A stretch of DNA of 64,000 nt from Mayamaea pseudoterrestris. Lineage: Eukaryota. This document shows positions 45,882 to 57,700 of this stretch, one piece after another (the first letter of the stretch is position 1; the number at the start of each line of letters is the position of its first letter). The stretch is from positions 372,001 to 436,000 of the forward strand of contig BROI01000004.1 of assembly GCA_027923505.1 (NCBI GenBank), written 5' to 3'. The notes below the pieces were generated by a model. That model saw nothing but the letters and a program-made list of their open reading frames with translations. It was not told the DNA's origin and did not search any database. The position numbers were made by a program, and so were the translations under genes.

Positions 45882-48026
45882 ATGGCCAAGAAACGCCGAC
45901 ACACGGCCAAGACAGGCGACAAGAGCCTTTACAAGAGCCGGGAGGATGTGGAGGCACTGAAGAAATCTAAGCGCGACGATGACGACGATGAAATGGACGC
46001 GGCCGATCGACACTTTGCCAAGGACTTTTTGAAGCTTGATCACGACCAGGAAAGTAGCGACGATGATGATTCTGTCCAAGAAGAGGGTGTCATGAATTTG
46101 GGAATAAGGGGGGATGGTGACGACGACGACGACGATGAAGATGTTGACGATAGTAGCAGCGATGACGCAGATTCTGACATGGAAGATATTCGCCGTGGAT
46201 CGCAGAAGCGGTCTTCCAAGAAAGCAACCCATGACGACGACGAAGAAGACTTAGTAAGCTCATCGGATGACGATGAAGAAGAAGAGGAGATGGAAGATGT
46301 TCGCGATTGGGGTCGCAAAAAGTCAGCATACTATCACGGCGATACCGCCGACCTTGAGATTGGCCAAGACGCGGACGATGCGTATCTTGAGGAGGAAGCT
46401 GCCAAGGAAGTCCAGGCAGCCCGATTTAAGGACATGTCGGAGGATGACTTTCTTGACGAGTCTGATACGGAAAAGGAAAAAGTTGTTGCAACTGGAGATG
46501 ACATAACGATTGCTCGCGACAGCTCCAAACTTTCCGTTAAAGAAAAGCGAAAGTATCTCGACAAGCAGCATCCAGAAATGCTTCCCCTTCTATCCTACTT
46601 TTCTACCATTGTAGAAGATCTTAAGGAAAATACCAGCGTCGCGGCACTGGCGTTACTGGAAGGCGAAGCTGGAACGGCAGAGGTAAGCAGCCAGATGGTT
46701 GGGGAGATGCACTTTGATAGGCTGGAACGGAGGCTTTGCGCCGTTGACGTTCTAGTAGAAAAAACTGTGCAACATTACCTTGGGGCGATTTTTTAATCCT
46801 ACGATTTGGTCGATCCTGTGACTTGATATCGCTTGGTCCGCCCACTCACTCCTATTTTTGCTTTGCAATCACAGGCTGTCGGCGCGACGCGGACTGGCCA
46901 GCAATACTTACTGACAAAGTATCTGGCACAGCTTTCAACTGTGCTCAACATGTGCATATACCTTCTACTCAAGTCAGAACAAGCGCGTCAAGAGGACGCA
47001 GTGGATCCGGCATTGATACAGACGCACCCAGTAATGGTGCGGCTACATAAACTTAATTCAACTTTACAAAAGCTGGAAACTGGAGTCGAAGATCGCGTGG
47101 ATGGTCTAAGGGAACAGTTGTCTAACTTGGTTAAGGCTGCCAGTCTTATGAATAATGGAGAGTTGAGCGAAGCTGAGAGCGAGGAAGATGACGACAACGA
47201 GGAAGCTGTTGAAGTTAGCGATGCTCCTGAATCGGACGAAGGGTCGCCGGCTCCTGCTGCTGGGTCGGAGGACGAGGTCGACCAAGCTGGTATAAGCAGC
47301 GACGAAGCCTCGGTTGTTGACGAGAAAACGAATCACAGGCGCATTCTTAATGAAGCTCGTTTTGGCGTAAGGCTAGACGAGGTGAGGGAGGATGCCAGAG
47401 CTAAAACGAATCGCCGCAGACGACCGGCTGACTTTGGCGATTTTAACGATGAAGCTGAGGTACATGCAAAGTCCCTTGCTTCAACTCTAAATACTATCGA
47501 GCAACGATCTGCTTCTAAGAAAAGAAAGATCAATGCCGGTGCCGATGATATTGACGACGTTGAGAAGCAAAGCGATCAGCTTCGTCGAGGCATTGAAATG
47601 ATGGAAGCTGAGTTTGGCAAGGATTTCGACAAGCACGATGGCGGCGGTGACGGCAACGACAGCGACAATGTTGACCCGGAGCTAGATGAGGATGACTTTT
47701 ACGGCAAGGTAGCTACGGCTAGCAAATCTCGAAAGGAGGCACGAAAGAAGCAATACGAAGTTGCTCCGAAATATCCACGTTTAGAATCAGTTATTGATGG
47801 TGAGCGTGGTGTCTCCAAGCAAATAATGAAGAACAGAGGTTTGGTCGCTCACAAGAACAAGCTGAACCGCAATCCGCGCGTCAAGAAGCGCGAGCAGTAC
47901 CGCAAGGCACTCATTCGTCGCAAGGGTGCGGTGCGTGACGTGCGGACCGACGAGGGCCACAAGTACGACGGCGAAGGCACTGGTATCAAGAGCAACATTA
48001 GCCGCAGTCGCAAACTGGCGAGCTAA
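45882..48026 (+). CDS. UTP3: SAS10/UTP3 small-subunit processome component
   Basis: Exons 45882-46682 and 46875-48026. WGRKKSAYY, THPVMVRL, IMKNRGL...NRNPRVKKREQY, YDGEGTGIKSNISRSRKL. Confidence 0.92.
46708..46777 (+). ncRNA. Intronic H/ACA-type guide hairpin candidate (SAS10 intron)
   Basis: Lower stem TGCAC/GTGCA, internal pocket TTTGATAGG // AGAAAAAACT, upper stem CTGGAACG/CGTTCTAG, then ACATTA (ACA+3, also fits the H box ANANNA) 14 nt from the pocket top. Confidence 0.65.
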
Positions 48027-48031
48027 AAATG

Positions 48032-49426
48032 CTATTCATCTTCTACTAGAACAGTTCTTGTCAGGTCGTAAGCACTTAGCACACCACCTCGCTTGACATA
48101 ATCATTGTATTCTTTTAATCGTCGCTCCAGCAAGGTTGATCGATCACCAGCCTTGTCAACATCATCCACCATTGTAATTCCCTTGTATGGAAACTGCGGT
48201 TTTCGCGGCGGCATTCCTTGGACAATGCCCAAGTGCAGTTCCATCGCTGTGAGCAATTTATCACTTGGCGCCTCGAATACTTCAGTTCCGTCCGCAAACT
48301 TTCGATTGCGGTATTTGCCCACTCGTCGATAATTCTTGTTTGGCAAGTGCAGAACTGTCAAGGCGCCAAACTTGTCTCGAGGTATCACTTGTTGAACGTT
48401 GCAGTGTCGGTTGCCGTACAGCATTTGACTACTCATCCAAACGCGCTGCGTTCCTTCGGTTGGCTGCGCGCCCACCCCTGGTCGGTCTCGTACTCGATCG
48501 AACTCACAATGGGGACGATCCTTCCATGCCAGTAGCAACTCGCGCGTCGCCAAATACATTCCTTGATGATGATTTTTCATGGTAACGTAGCGTTCTTGTA
48601 TATCAAATGGGCGTTGTTCCAGTGGCACGACGCAGTTTGGAACGACGGGCCGCTCAAAGTTGGAATGCTCCCAATAAACACGAGTAACATTCATAGTGGC
48701 GTGGCGCGTATTGTCATCAATGACAACGTTTGCTGGATAATTGTACTCATAGCGGACAATGCCAACATTGAAATCGGATGGTTTGGCATCCTCTGAGTCT
48801 GCAAGGATTCGTTCAACACGCTTCGTTTCCTTCACATACGTTGCAACGACGGATGGAGTTAATCGAATATCGTCCTCAGAGTAAATAAACAAGTCGTAAT
48901 CGTGAATGTTGTCGTAAAAAAGCTTGCGATGACAGTCCACTAGATGCAGTCGAAGCGACTTGTTCTTCAAAACAATATACAGCTGAAAGTTTTCGCATGT
49001 CAATCGGGTATTCCAAAGGTCAATAAGAGTGACTGGATATGGAACAGTTGCATGTATTTCAACATGAACAATGGCGCCAGCCGTACACAAGTCATGGTAG
49101 CCGTCTATGACTTCCTCCAGATGTGGTATCTGACTAAAGTCAAAGGCTGCTATGGCGACGAGAACTCGCAGTCCTTGTAGAACACTGCCACTCGAGGATA
49201 ACACATGTTGCGATATTGGATTGTCGAGAGAGATTTTATCGATTGCATTTGCTACGGACTGCTCCTGCCTTTGAGGAGGCTGCTCTGAATGCGATGCAAA
49301 CCAAAAGGTACTCGCCACCTTGACGTTGAGAACCAAGGTGGCCGACAAGAGACAGCCGAGGACGAATGATATAATGGGTATCACGAAAGAGATTGACGCT
49401 TCTTTCTTTGGTCCATTGTAGCGCAT
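48032..49426 (-). CDS. Type II membrane protein, possible glycosyltransferase
   Basis: Short cytosolic N-terminus, TM FVIPIISFVLGCLLSATLVL, luminal domain with a YDLFIYSEDD acidic motif. Function is inferred only. Confidence 0.65.
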   Translation of the reverse strand: MRYNGPKKEASISFVIPIISFVLGCLLSATLVLNVKVASTFWFASHSEQPPQRQEQSVANAIDKISLDNPISQHVLSSSGSVLQGLRVLVAIAAFDFSQIPHLEEVIDGYHDLCTAGAIVHVEIHATVPYPVTLIDLWNTRLTCENFQLYIVLKNKSLRLHLVDCHRKLFYDNIHDYDLFIYSEDDIRLTPSVVATYVKETKRVERILADSEDAKPSDFNVGIVRYEYNYPANVVIDDNTRHATMNVTRVYWEHSNFERPVVPNCVVPLEQRPFDIQERYVTMKNHHQGMYLATRELLLAWKDRPHCEFDRVRDRPGVGAQPTEGTQRVWMSSQMLYGNRHCNVQQVIPRDKFGALTVLHLPNKNYRRVGKYRNRKFADGTEVFEAPSDKLLTAMELHLGIVQGMPPRKPQFPYKGITMVDDVDKAGDRSTLLERRLKEYNDYVKRGGVLSAYDLTRTVLVEDE

Positions 49427-49537
49427 TCTTGCTTGCGTATGAGCGTTTGTCGGTAACTCATTACAGTATGTATATCTATTGCTCTTGTCGTGCAAGCACG
49501 TCGCCACGTCGTCCAAGCAACGTGAAGGCCATGGTTC

Positions 49538-49958
49538 GAAACGAGTGCCAGTGAAACCAAGTAACGAGGCAATAGTATGAAACGGGTGCCAGTGTCAATT
49601 ACGTCACAAGGCAATAGTATAAAACGGGTGCCAGTGAAAACTGCGTAATAAGGCAATAGTATGAAACGAGTGCCAGTGAAAACTGCGTCTTAAGGCAATA
49701 GTATGAAACGAGTGCCAGTGAAAACTGCGTCACAAGGCAATAATATGAAACGAGTGCCATTGTCAAAGCAGTTTTCACTGGCACCCGTTTATTACTATTG
49801 CCTTGTGACGCAGTTTTCACTGGCACCCGTTTCATACTATTGCCTTGTGACGTAATTGACACTGGCACCCGTTTCTTACTATTGCCTTGTGACGTAATTG
49901 ACACTGGCACTCGTTTCGTACTATTGCCTCATTACTTGGTTTCACTGGCACTCGTTTC
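49538..49958. mobile_element. Foldback-type palindromic element made of 42-bp tandem units
   Basis: Left arm has about 5 direct copies of GAAACGRGTGCCAGTG(AAAACTG/TCAATTA)CGTCACAAGGCAATAGTAT and the right arm has about 4.5 inverted copies. The outer ~47 bp are near-perfect inverted repeats. Confidence 0.8.
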
Positions 49959-50118
49959 TGGCAGGGGACCAATGTGACGAGAAAGACCATCATGTCGCCT
50001 ATTTCGTCTTGCCGCGTCTGTTGACAGAAAGTCTTGCAAGGAAACAAAATGGACAGTCAAACAGCAAGCTATGAGACGTAAAGGGTTGGTTTTATAGCCG
50101 AGTCTAGCAATTAGCACC

Positions 50119-52944
50119 ATGAAGCGACAAAGGCCATGGACTCATGCACGCATGATTGCCTGGTCAATCGTGTCAATCTTCTTATGTCAAACGTTACAAT
50201 TCGCTTCAGCTCAGTCGACGACAGCTTCAAATGCAACCATCATTAGTACTTGCGAATCCGGAACAAACTCTGTCACTCTCAGGGTTCCAACCACAACGAC
50301 GCAGGATCAAGTGGACGTGTTCTTTCTCTTTGACGACACTGGCACCTTCATTTCGGCCTCGTCCACCGTCGCGCGTACCTTTGGCACTATCATTAACAAT
50401 TTGATTGTTTCCTATCCAAGTGTTTCATGGGGCTATGGTGTTGGCAAATTCGAAGATTTTGGAGGCATTGGACTTGACTATGATTCCGGTATATCTTCTG
50501 ATCGGCCATTCATATTGAATCAACCAATCATAGATTTTGATACGGCTGGAAGTCAAGACAATCTAGAAACTATTGTGCAGGACGCTCTGAATGTTCGATC
50601 ACTAGGAAACGGCGGAGATTTACCGGAGAGCGGCATTGAAGCCTTGTACCAAGTCGCTGTTGGCAGCGGGTTCGATGGCAACGGCGATGGAACATTGACT
50701 GGTATCGACGGCTCGCAGATTGCGGGCGCAGCCTCCACGCAGAGTGCAGCCGATGCAAGTGGAGACGTTCCGCCCTTTAGTTCGTTGGATGCGTCCGTGC
50801 TGGCGGCGGGAAGCATTGGAGGTGCTGGCTTTCGACCCAACGCGCTCAAGTTGGTGATTATTGCCACTGACATTTGCTCGGCCAGTGCGTTTTCCAATGT
50901 GTCTGGTGTTCCAGAGTCTGTCACTTCAATCTTTAGTAGTGTGCCTGCCAGTGACTTTGCTTGCGCGGCTGATGTCCGCTTTGGCGTGGTTGGAACTGCA
51001 AAGACTAAGGCGGAAAGTACGGCGGCAAGATCGATTGTTCCTCTGGGCGCTCACACGGTTGACGAGACGGTAGCAGCGCTTGTTTCGGCCGGCATCCAGG
51101 TCATAGGACTAGTGACGGAATCTGGAGCGCTTCCGGCTGGACAAGGCCCAAGCAATTTGCCTGCCGCGTATATATCGGCAATGGCCCGACTGACTGGCGC
51201 AATTGATTCGACTGGCAATCCCCTCGTTTACCAAATTACGCCGGACGACTTAGATGGAATGGTTTCAGCCATTACTTCGGCGGTGACGTTATCCTTGTCA
51301 GATCCTTTGAATGTGACGCTTTTACCAAATGGCTGTGACTCCATTGCCGGGTTGACGTACACTATCTCGCCAGACCCGGCGGAAAATATACAGCCTGGCT
51401 TGAACGTAACATTTGATGTGACGGTAACCATTGACCCAGCGATCGCTCGTGGAGATTGCCAATTGTCTTTTGCCAACTCTGACACAGGCGACGCTTTGAC
51501 TCCAGAACCAATAGAGCTCTCTGTTTGCGCCGACGTTTCGGCGGCACCGAGCCTCTCCCCATCCATCATACCTACGACACCGCTACCTAGTCAAATGCCC
51601 TCAATCACGCCAACTGCTGTTTCAGCGTTGCCTAGCTTTCTACCGTCAGCTAGTCCTACCGTGCCAGCAACGGGCAGACCGACTGTAACATTCGGTTCGC
51701 CAACAGGTACGTTTTAAGCTTTTCACTCGACCAAGTATGCTGCGTAGAACTCACCCTCTTAACATAATTCGAGTTCAGACACACCTTCAAAATCACCTAG
51801 CGTTCAACCAGCTTCAGTTACTGGTGCGCCATCGTTGCCGAGTTCACCGACGAGTAAGCAACTGAAAACTCGACAAACGTGTCCACGCTAGCATCCGCAT
51901 CTCTAATAATCACTTCATTTTCTATTCTACTTTGTAGCCGCACCGTCGACTACGCCGACAACGACTCAAATGACCCGTCGGCCGAGCAGCTCGCCAATCT
52001 CGCGACCAAAAATGGGAACAATGACGACGCCTCGGCCAACTTTGCCACCGTCGCCCCAACCAAAGATGAACATGGCAACAACCAACCGGCCGACGATGTT
52101 AATGGTGACAAGTAAGTATCCCAGGGCTTGTGCTTTTTACTATCTGCAGATAACTGATTGGGCATGAACTCATTCTTTTTCGTTCATTTGACAGCGACTC
52201 CAACCGTCTCTGCTGCTCCAACTGAGAGTCTTAGTCAAGGGACGGGCATCATATCACTTTTCGGTCGAACGACTGGGTACGTTTACTTAACGAGTCTATA
52301 TCGCAGGTCTTACATGAGACGGCACTAACAAAGATATTCTATATTTACCTTTCATTAATAGGGCCCTGTTTACTCGTGGCGACGGTCTCGTCTTGGCCAC
52401 AATCCCTCGTGGCAATAACATGGTTCAAATGAACCAGTCGCTAGGCATGCGTGGACAAGGAATGAGAGGCGTAAAGATGGGATTTGACAATGGCTTTAGC
52501 ATGCGTGGAGGAAAAAGTGGGAGCAAGGGCTTGAAAGGCGGCGATGGTGGAAATAGTGCTATGGGCGGCAAGAGACACGCGAGCAACGTGAGTCATCAAA
52601 AGTCCAGCAAGACTTATTATCAAGCTACCAAAGGAGCCAAAGGGTATGGTCGCGCGATTAAGGGTGGCCAAGGCCGCACGAGCAAGGGTAGTCAGAAGGT
52701 GGGTGGAATATTTGGTCGAACAAACGACGATGGAGTTGATCTTACAAGCAATATGAAAAGGATGCGTATGACCATGCGCATGAATCTTCCCGGCATGAAA
52801 CGGAGACAAGGCGCTGCAGCTGCATCAGCCGCTGTATCGGAGGAAGGAAGGATTGTTTTTGTTTCGGATGACGACGAGAGCGACATCGGTCAACTCAAGA
52901 CCAGGTTTAGCGGAACGCTGATAGGGTACCAAGCATTCACATGA
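50119..52944 (+). CDS. Secreted vWA (integrin-beta-like I domain) protein with a Ser/Thr/Pro stalk and a Gly/Lys/Met-rich tail
   Basis: Five exons that splice in frame: 50119-51706, 51779-51853, 51938-52111, 52195-52276, 52362-52944. Signal peptide, VDVFFLFDDTGT, GNGGDLPESGIEALYQ, GFRPNALKLVIIATD. Confidence 0.8.
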
Positions 52945-53280
52945 CTCATGAGTATTATAGTTATAGTAAGTTGATTGACTCATGAGAGTTTTAGTTATAT
53001 ACTACGTAAGTTGTTTGCGCGTCGGATGCCTGAAGTTCGTAGCTAAACGGAGAGGCCAGTTGCGCAAACAAGAAGTGCTGTTAGCGATTTTAGTAATGGT
53101 GCGACTAGTGTCGTTGACCAAACGAAACGAAACGCATCCGTTCATCCTTCGTCGTCTACTTTCCATCACTCGCCTTGACTTCATACAGCTGCTTTTACAA
53201 TTGTTGAACATGATAATAAAGCGACTCACCGTATAGACAGATATATTTTTGGCTTTAAAGCTCTCATTTCATCGTCTGAA

Positions 53281-54768
53281 ATGAGCACTACGCCGCCTCG
53301 TCGGACGCCCTTGCACCGACGCATTCCATTTCCAGTCACAATTGAAGTGAACAATCTACTTCCACTTGAATCAACGCCATTGAAATGGGCTCGACACGAG
53401 CATTCAATCAGTCTGATTCAATTCATTCATTTAGAAATTGTTGTGAATGAGAACCAGGTCGTCTACGAGTGCCGATTTCCTCGACGAACGACGCATCCGT
53501 CATGGAAACACTTGAACGAATACATTCCTGTCAATGAGCTTTCCACGGAAGACTACGAAACAATGGAAGCGAGACTGTTAATAGAATCGCCTGCTTCATC
53601 ATCCGATTCAGACCGTATCTTACTGATGCAAATACCGATCCATCCAAGCAAACTATCGAGGATAGCATCATCATTTTCCACCGAAATTGACCAAACACTT
53701 CCATTGAATGCTTTTATAATCACCTTTTCTGACGATTCAATCCGCGTTCCCCCAAAACTATACAATATCCTTGTTGAACGAAACCTTGTTCAGACACAAG
53801 TATCCGAAAGGGTGAATGAATTTAGTCGCTTTCGCGACGATGCCTTTGTCGCACTCGACCAAGTGTCCACGCCCGAGCGACGACAATTTATGGAGCGGAG
53901 TCTTTTGGACGATCCCTTTCTCGCTCGCAATGGACTTTTCGCTCCCTCAACATATAATGTCGATGATAGTGATAAGGACGACGACAATTCGGTCTCTTGT
54001 GAACAACGCGATATGAATGGCAATGGCAAAGTCATTCATCCGTTTGCTAGTACCCCATCCTTGGACGACGACGAAGATCCAATAATTCATGACGATGGTT
54101 ATAATTCATTAAGGGAGCAACAACTTTTGGTGCGTCTAATTGAACGGGAATCCATTGCGCTCGAACAGGATTATGCTGCCATTGTCGTGCAGGGAAGGGA
54201 GTCGCTGGAACATTGTCAACGGTGCATTGCCGATGCGCGCAAGCAGACGGAGCAAGTTGTTCACGACACGGTCAAGCTACGGAGTGACTCGCAGCGGACA
54301 AGTTTTTTGTTGGATGTTCAACGAATACGACTTTTTCGGGAGCTGCGTAACATTTATCCCATTTCACTTGTCTTTACCACCGACCAACGCTATAAAATTC
54401 GCGACTTGGAGATTCCCAACGAATTACTATCGGGAAGCGGCAGCTTGTCAGTTCCCGACGATGAATGCTTTGCCGCGCTCGGCCACTTAAGCCACCTGTT
54501 AATTATGATGGGCAAATACTTGACAGTAAACTATCGTTATCGCATGTACTATCAGGCGTCGCGATCGGCAATACAAAATGATCGATCCAAAGTGTTTCCA
54601 TTGTTCATGGGCCGGAACATTGAACGCGACCAGTTCGAGCTCGGGGTACGTTTGCTAAGCTGTAATGTGGATTTTTTGGTACAAGTGCGGAACATTCGCG
54701 TATCACCAAAGCTACATATACTAGGCAAGGTTAAAAGAATATACGAGCACGTGATTGATGGGTTTTAA
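53281..54768 (+). CDS. UVRAG/Vps38-like PI3K complex subunit
   Basis: Coiled coil, then ELRNIYPI, AALGHLSHLL...KYL...YRY...SRSAI, FPLF, FELGVRLL (UVRAG/ATG14 BARA-like region). Confidence 0.75.
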   Translation: MSTTPPRRTPLHRRIPFPVTIEVNNLLPLESTPLKWARHEHSISLIQFIHLEIVVNENQVVYECRFPRRTTHPSWKHLNEYIPVNELSTEDYETMEARLLIESPASSSDSDRILLMQIPIHPSKLSRIASSFSTEIDQTLPLNAFIITFSDDSIRVPPKLYNILVERNLVQTQVSERVNEFSRFRDDAFVALDQVSTPERRQFMERSLLDDPFLARNGLFAPSTYNVDDSDKDDDNSVSCEQRDMNGNGKVIHPFASTPSLDDDEDPIIHDDGYNSLREQQLLVRLIERESIALEQDYAAIVVQGRESLEHCQRCIADARKQTEQVVHDTVKLRSDSQRTSFLLDVQRIRLFRELRNIYPISLVFTTDQRYKIRDLEIPNELLSGSGSLSVPDDECFAALGHLSHLLIMMGKYLTVNYRYRMYYQASRSAIQNDRSKVFPLFMGRNIERDQFELGVRLLSCNVDFLVQVRNIRVSPKLHILGKVKRIYEHVIDGF

Positions 54769-54793
54769 CAATAGAGACTATTACAAGCAACGA

Positions 54794-57700
54794 CTATAGA
54801 GTAGACTGCTCTTGTTCCCAATAGTCCTTCCAAGCAGGTTCAATTATAGGTTCAGTAGCAATAATTTCCTCATCGTCATCATCTCCCCCTTCGGCTGACG
54901 GTGAGCTGGGATTACCTTCCACAATACTCGCAAGATCATCATAACCTTCCGACACTTGCTCGACCGAAAATGATCGACGCTCTGCCTTGTCTCGGCGGTA
55001 AGTTTCACGTGCTTCGTCAGCTGCTTCATGGGACGAGTATCCAAGCCATTCATGTCGACCAGTGCCATTCATTGCGTCATCAACCGGCAACGCAGGAACT
55101 TCGAGACTCTCTGCCCGGATGGTATCCCATGCAGCAGCACAATGCAGCGCTCGAACCTGCAAGACACGGTCGAAGAAGGGATTAACGTCCTCCTTCACCA
55201 CCATCTGCTTTTTCTTGCTTTCCATCAATTGTTCCGCGGCAATCGCACTCTGTCGAAATCGAGAGACGCTCATGAGCCGATCCTTCAGCACAACGTAGCA
55301 TGTGGATTGCGGTAAAACCATGAGAAGTGACTTGAGTGTCTGAAATAGCATAAATCCGCTCCCTTCAGTAGTGGGGTCGCTATCGTTTTCCAGCATCCGG
55401 ATATGGAGATGCCGAAATAACGGCCGCTCCAGCATTTCTACTAACCGGTCAATTTCCAGGAAAAAGACTAGGTTACAATCCAAAGGATTCAGCCGATTTA
55501 TAAACATGTGCGATGTACGGTAGGCCCCTACCCAGAAGCACAGAGTTAATGTACTGGCGAGGTTGTGCGAGAATGTATGGAGAAGAATATGGAAGAGCCT
55601 TGAGCGCTGCCGGTCCCGTTCACTATGCGTATGATAGCAAATGCAGTCTTTCAGAGTCGTGCGCAATGGCTTTGCTTCATTTGTGTTTAACAACACGTGG
55701 CTCAGATGTCGTACGAACGAGGATGCAAATTTTAGACGCTTTGTCGAAGGTACACCTCGCAGCATGAAACGGTCGATTTCGACAGCAAATGACACAAAGA
55801 CAAACTCAGGGGGCTGCATCTTGCACATGTATGTGAGCAGTTTCGACAGGTCACCAACCAGCTCTTCGTTGTAGGTATGAAGCTGAACTAGAGCAAAATA
55901 TACCTCTCGATTGCGCGAAAACATCTTTTGATGGGAGGGCTGAATAATGTTTAACGCATAAGAGACGCATTGTTCAGTCATTGGAAATTGAGGCGCCTCT
56001 GTATCATCTGAACTGTCGGATAACCATGCAGGATGTGTGGAAATTGGAGTTGGATTTGTTCGCATATTCTCACTGTCTTCTCCCTCTACTGGGATTGTAA
56101 TAATGGCAAGAACTTCAAGACTTTTATGGACAATCGTTTCTGGCGGTCGATCCATTAGCTGATGAATGATGGCGATCACAAACTCCCCAGCGAACTAAAC
56201 GGCAACGACTGACAATTTGAGATCATAAAGGCTGAGGCAGAATACTCCATTATGCTAAACTCATCACTTACCTCGGCCTTTATCGCAACAGGAACCACAC
56301 TTTCATACAAAACAATAATCCATTGTAAAGTACATAGCCTCGATAAGATCATTGACTCGTCACTTCGAGTGACTTCGTCTTTGCTGGCATTAAACCAGCC
56401 AGGACTTTCGATGCCTGTCCCGTCTTGTACAACGTCCATCCTGTATGGCACACGATCCACAGCAGGCGGATGACGCGCGGCTAGTCCATCAGGCGAGTCC
56501 AATTCGTCTCGCAAAGCAGCAATGAAACCGTCAAGCAGTGGCACATAGCTCGGACCATCTCGGCGAACGGCAACTTGGAGAGTCTGGTTAGTCTGCTCTG
56601 CGAGTGCCCGTGTGCTTTGGTCGGGCAGGAATAAGTCTTTTGACGATCCGTTAGGTTGAAAATCATCTCCAATACTTAAAAAGATCCCAGGTAGCATGTT
56701 CGGCAAAGCGTTCCTGATAGATGTTGCTGCACCAGATAGATGACCACCGGCCTTGAAAACATCCACTGCAGGAATTGCTCCGGCATCATTCTCGCTAGAT
56801 TGTGGAGCATTGCTTGGAGTGTCCAAATGCGTTTTCACAATGCGCGACATCCAATACATGGCCACCTTTCGTACACATGGATCAGGGTGTTCCATTGTAG
56901 TTACAAGCGACTGCAGAACCTGGTCGAAATCCACTCCAACTGACTTGGTGCTATCATCGGCACCGGGCGCCTCGTTGACCAGCAATTTGGGGAGCACAGA
57001 ACGAAGAAAGGCAAGAGCCGCCTGCCGAATATCCTGTGATGGATCCCCGACCATGTCAAGAATGCCGCCCAGGAACAAGTGTAGAAATTCGAGAATTGGC
57101 GACGACACGAGCTTTTCGTTCAGTTCCTGTAACCAAGTCAGAGTCAGTCGTTTGGTAGCCTTGTTTCGCATGTGTACGAATCGAGCAAAGACTGGAATGC
57201 AATCCTCGGCCGAGAAGCCTTCCGATCCTTGGATCATGGCCTTGACAATAACTTCCTTCATTTTCTTGTCGAGTAGCTCGGCGCCTGATCGCACGTCCAC
57301 ATCCACATCAGCATACAGCGATCGCAGAATCTCGAAGAGAATGAAGAAATGCTGGACAGCCATGCTGGGCATGACCTTGACCACGTTAAATAAGGACTCC
57401 GTTGCGTAGTAGCGGACGCGCTGACTATGACACTGGCAGCAATGCACCACGCTTGCCAAAATCAAGTCGCGACACTCGGACACGAGCGGGTCCGTGTCTT
57501 TTGCCTTCTTCAATCCAATTGCACAGGCTGCAAGCGCCACGACACCTCCTTTGCGAGCATCCTCGTTTAAAGATCGAACATAGTCGTCCGATAGGAGTAA
57601 CAGTATCGCTCGTATTCGTCCAAGTTCGTTCTGCTGTACCAGCGACCGCACCACCTTCTCAATCTCCATGGCGGCTAATCGCCGTCGTTCATACCGCTTG

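Noticed and set aside
49538..49958. CRISPR array or coding ORFs (49381-49656, 49599-49910, 49832-50047)
   Set aside because: Whole 42-bp units repeat with no unique spacers. The ORFs are artefacts of a unit length divisible by 3.
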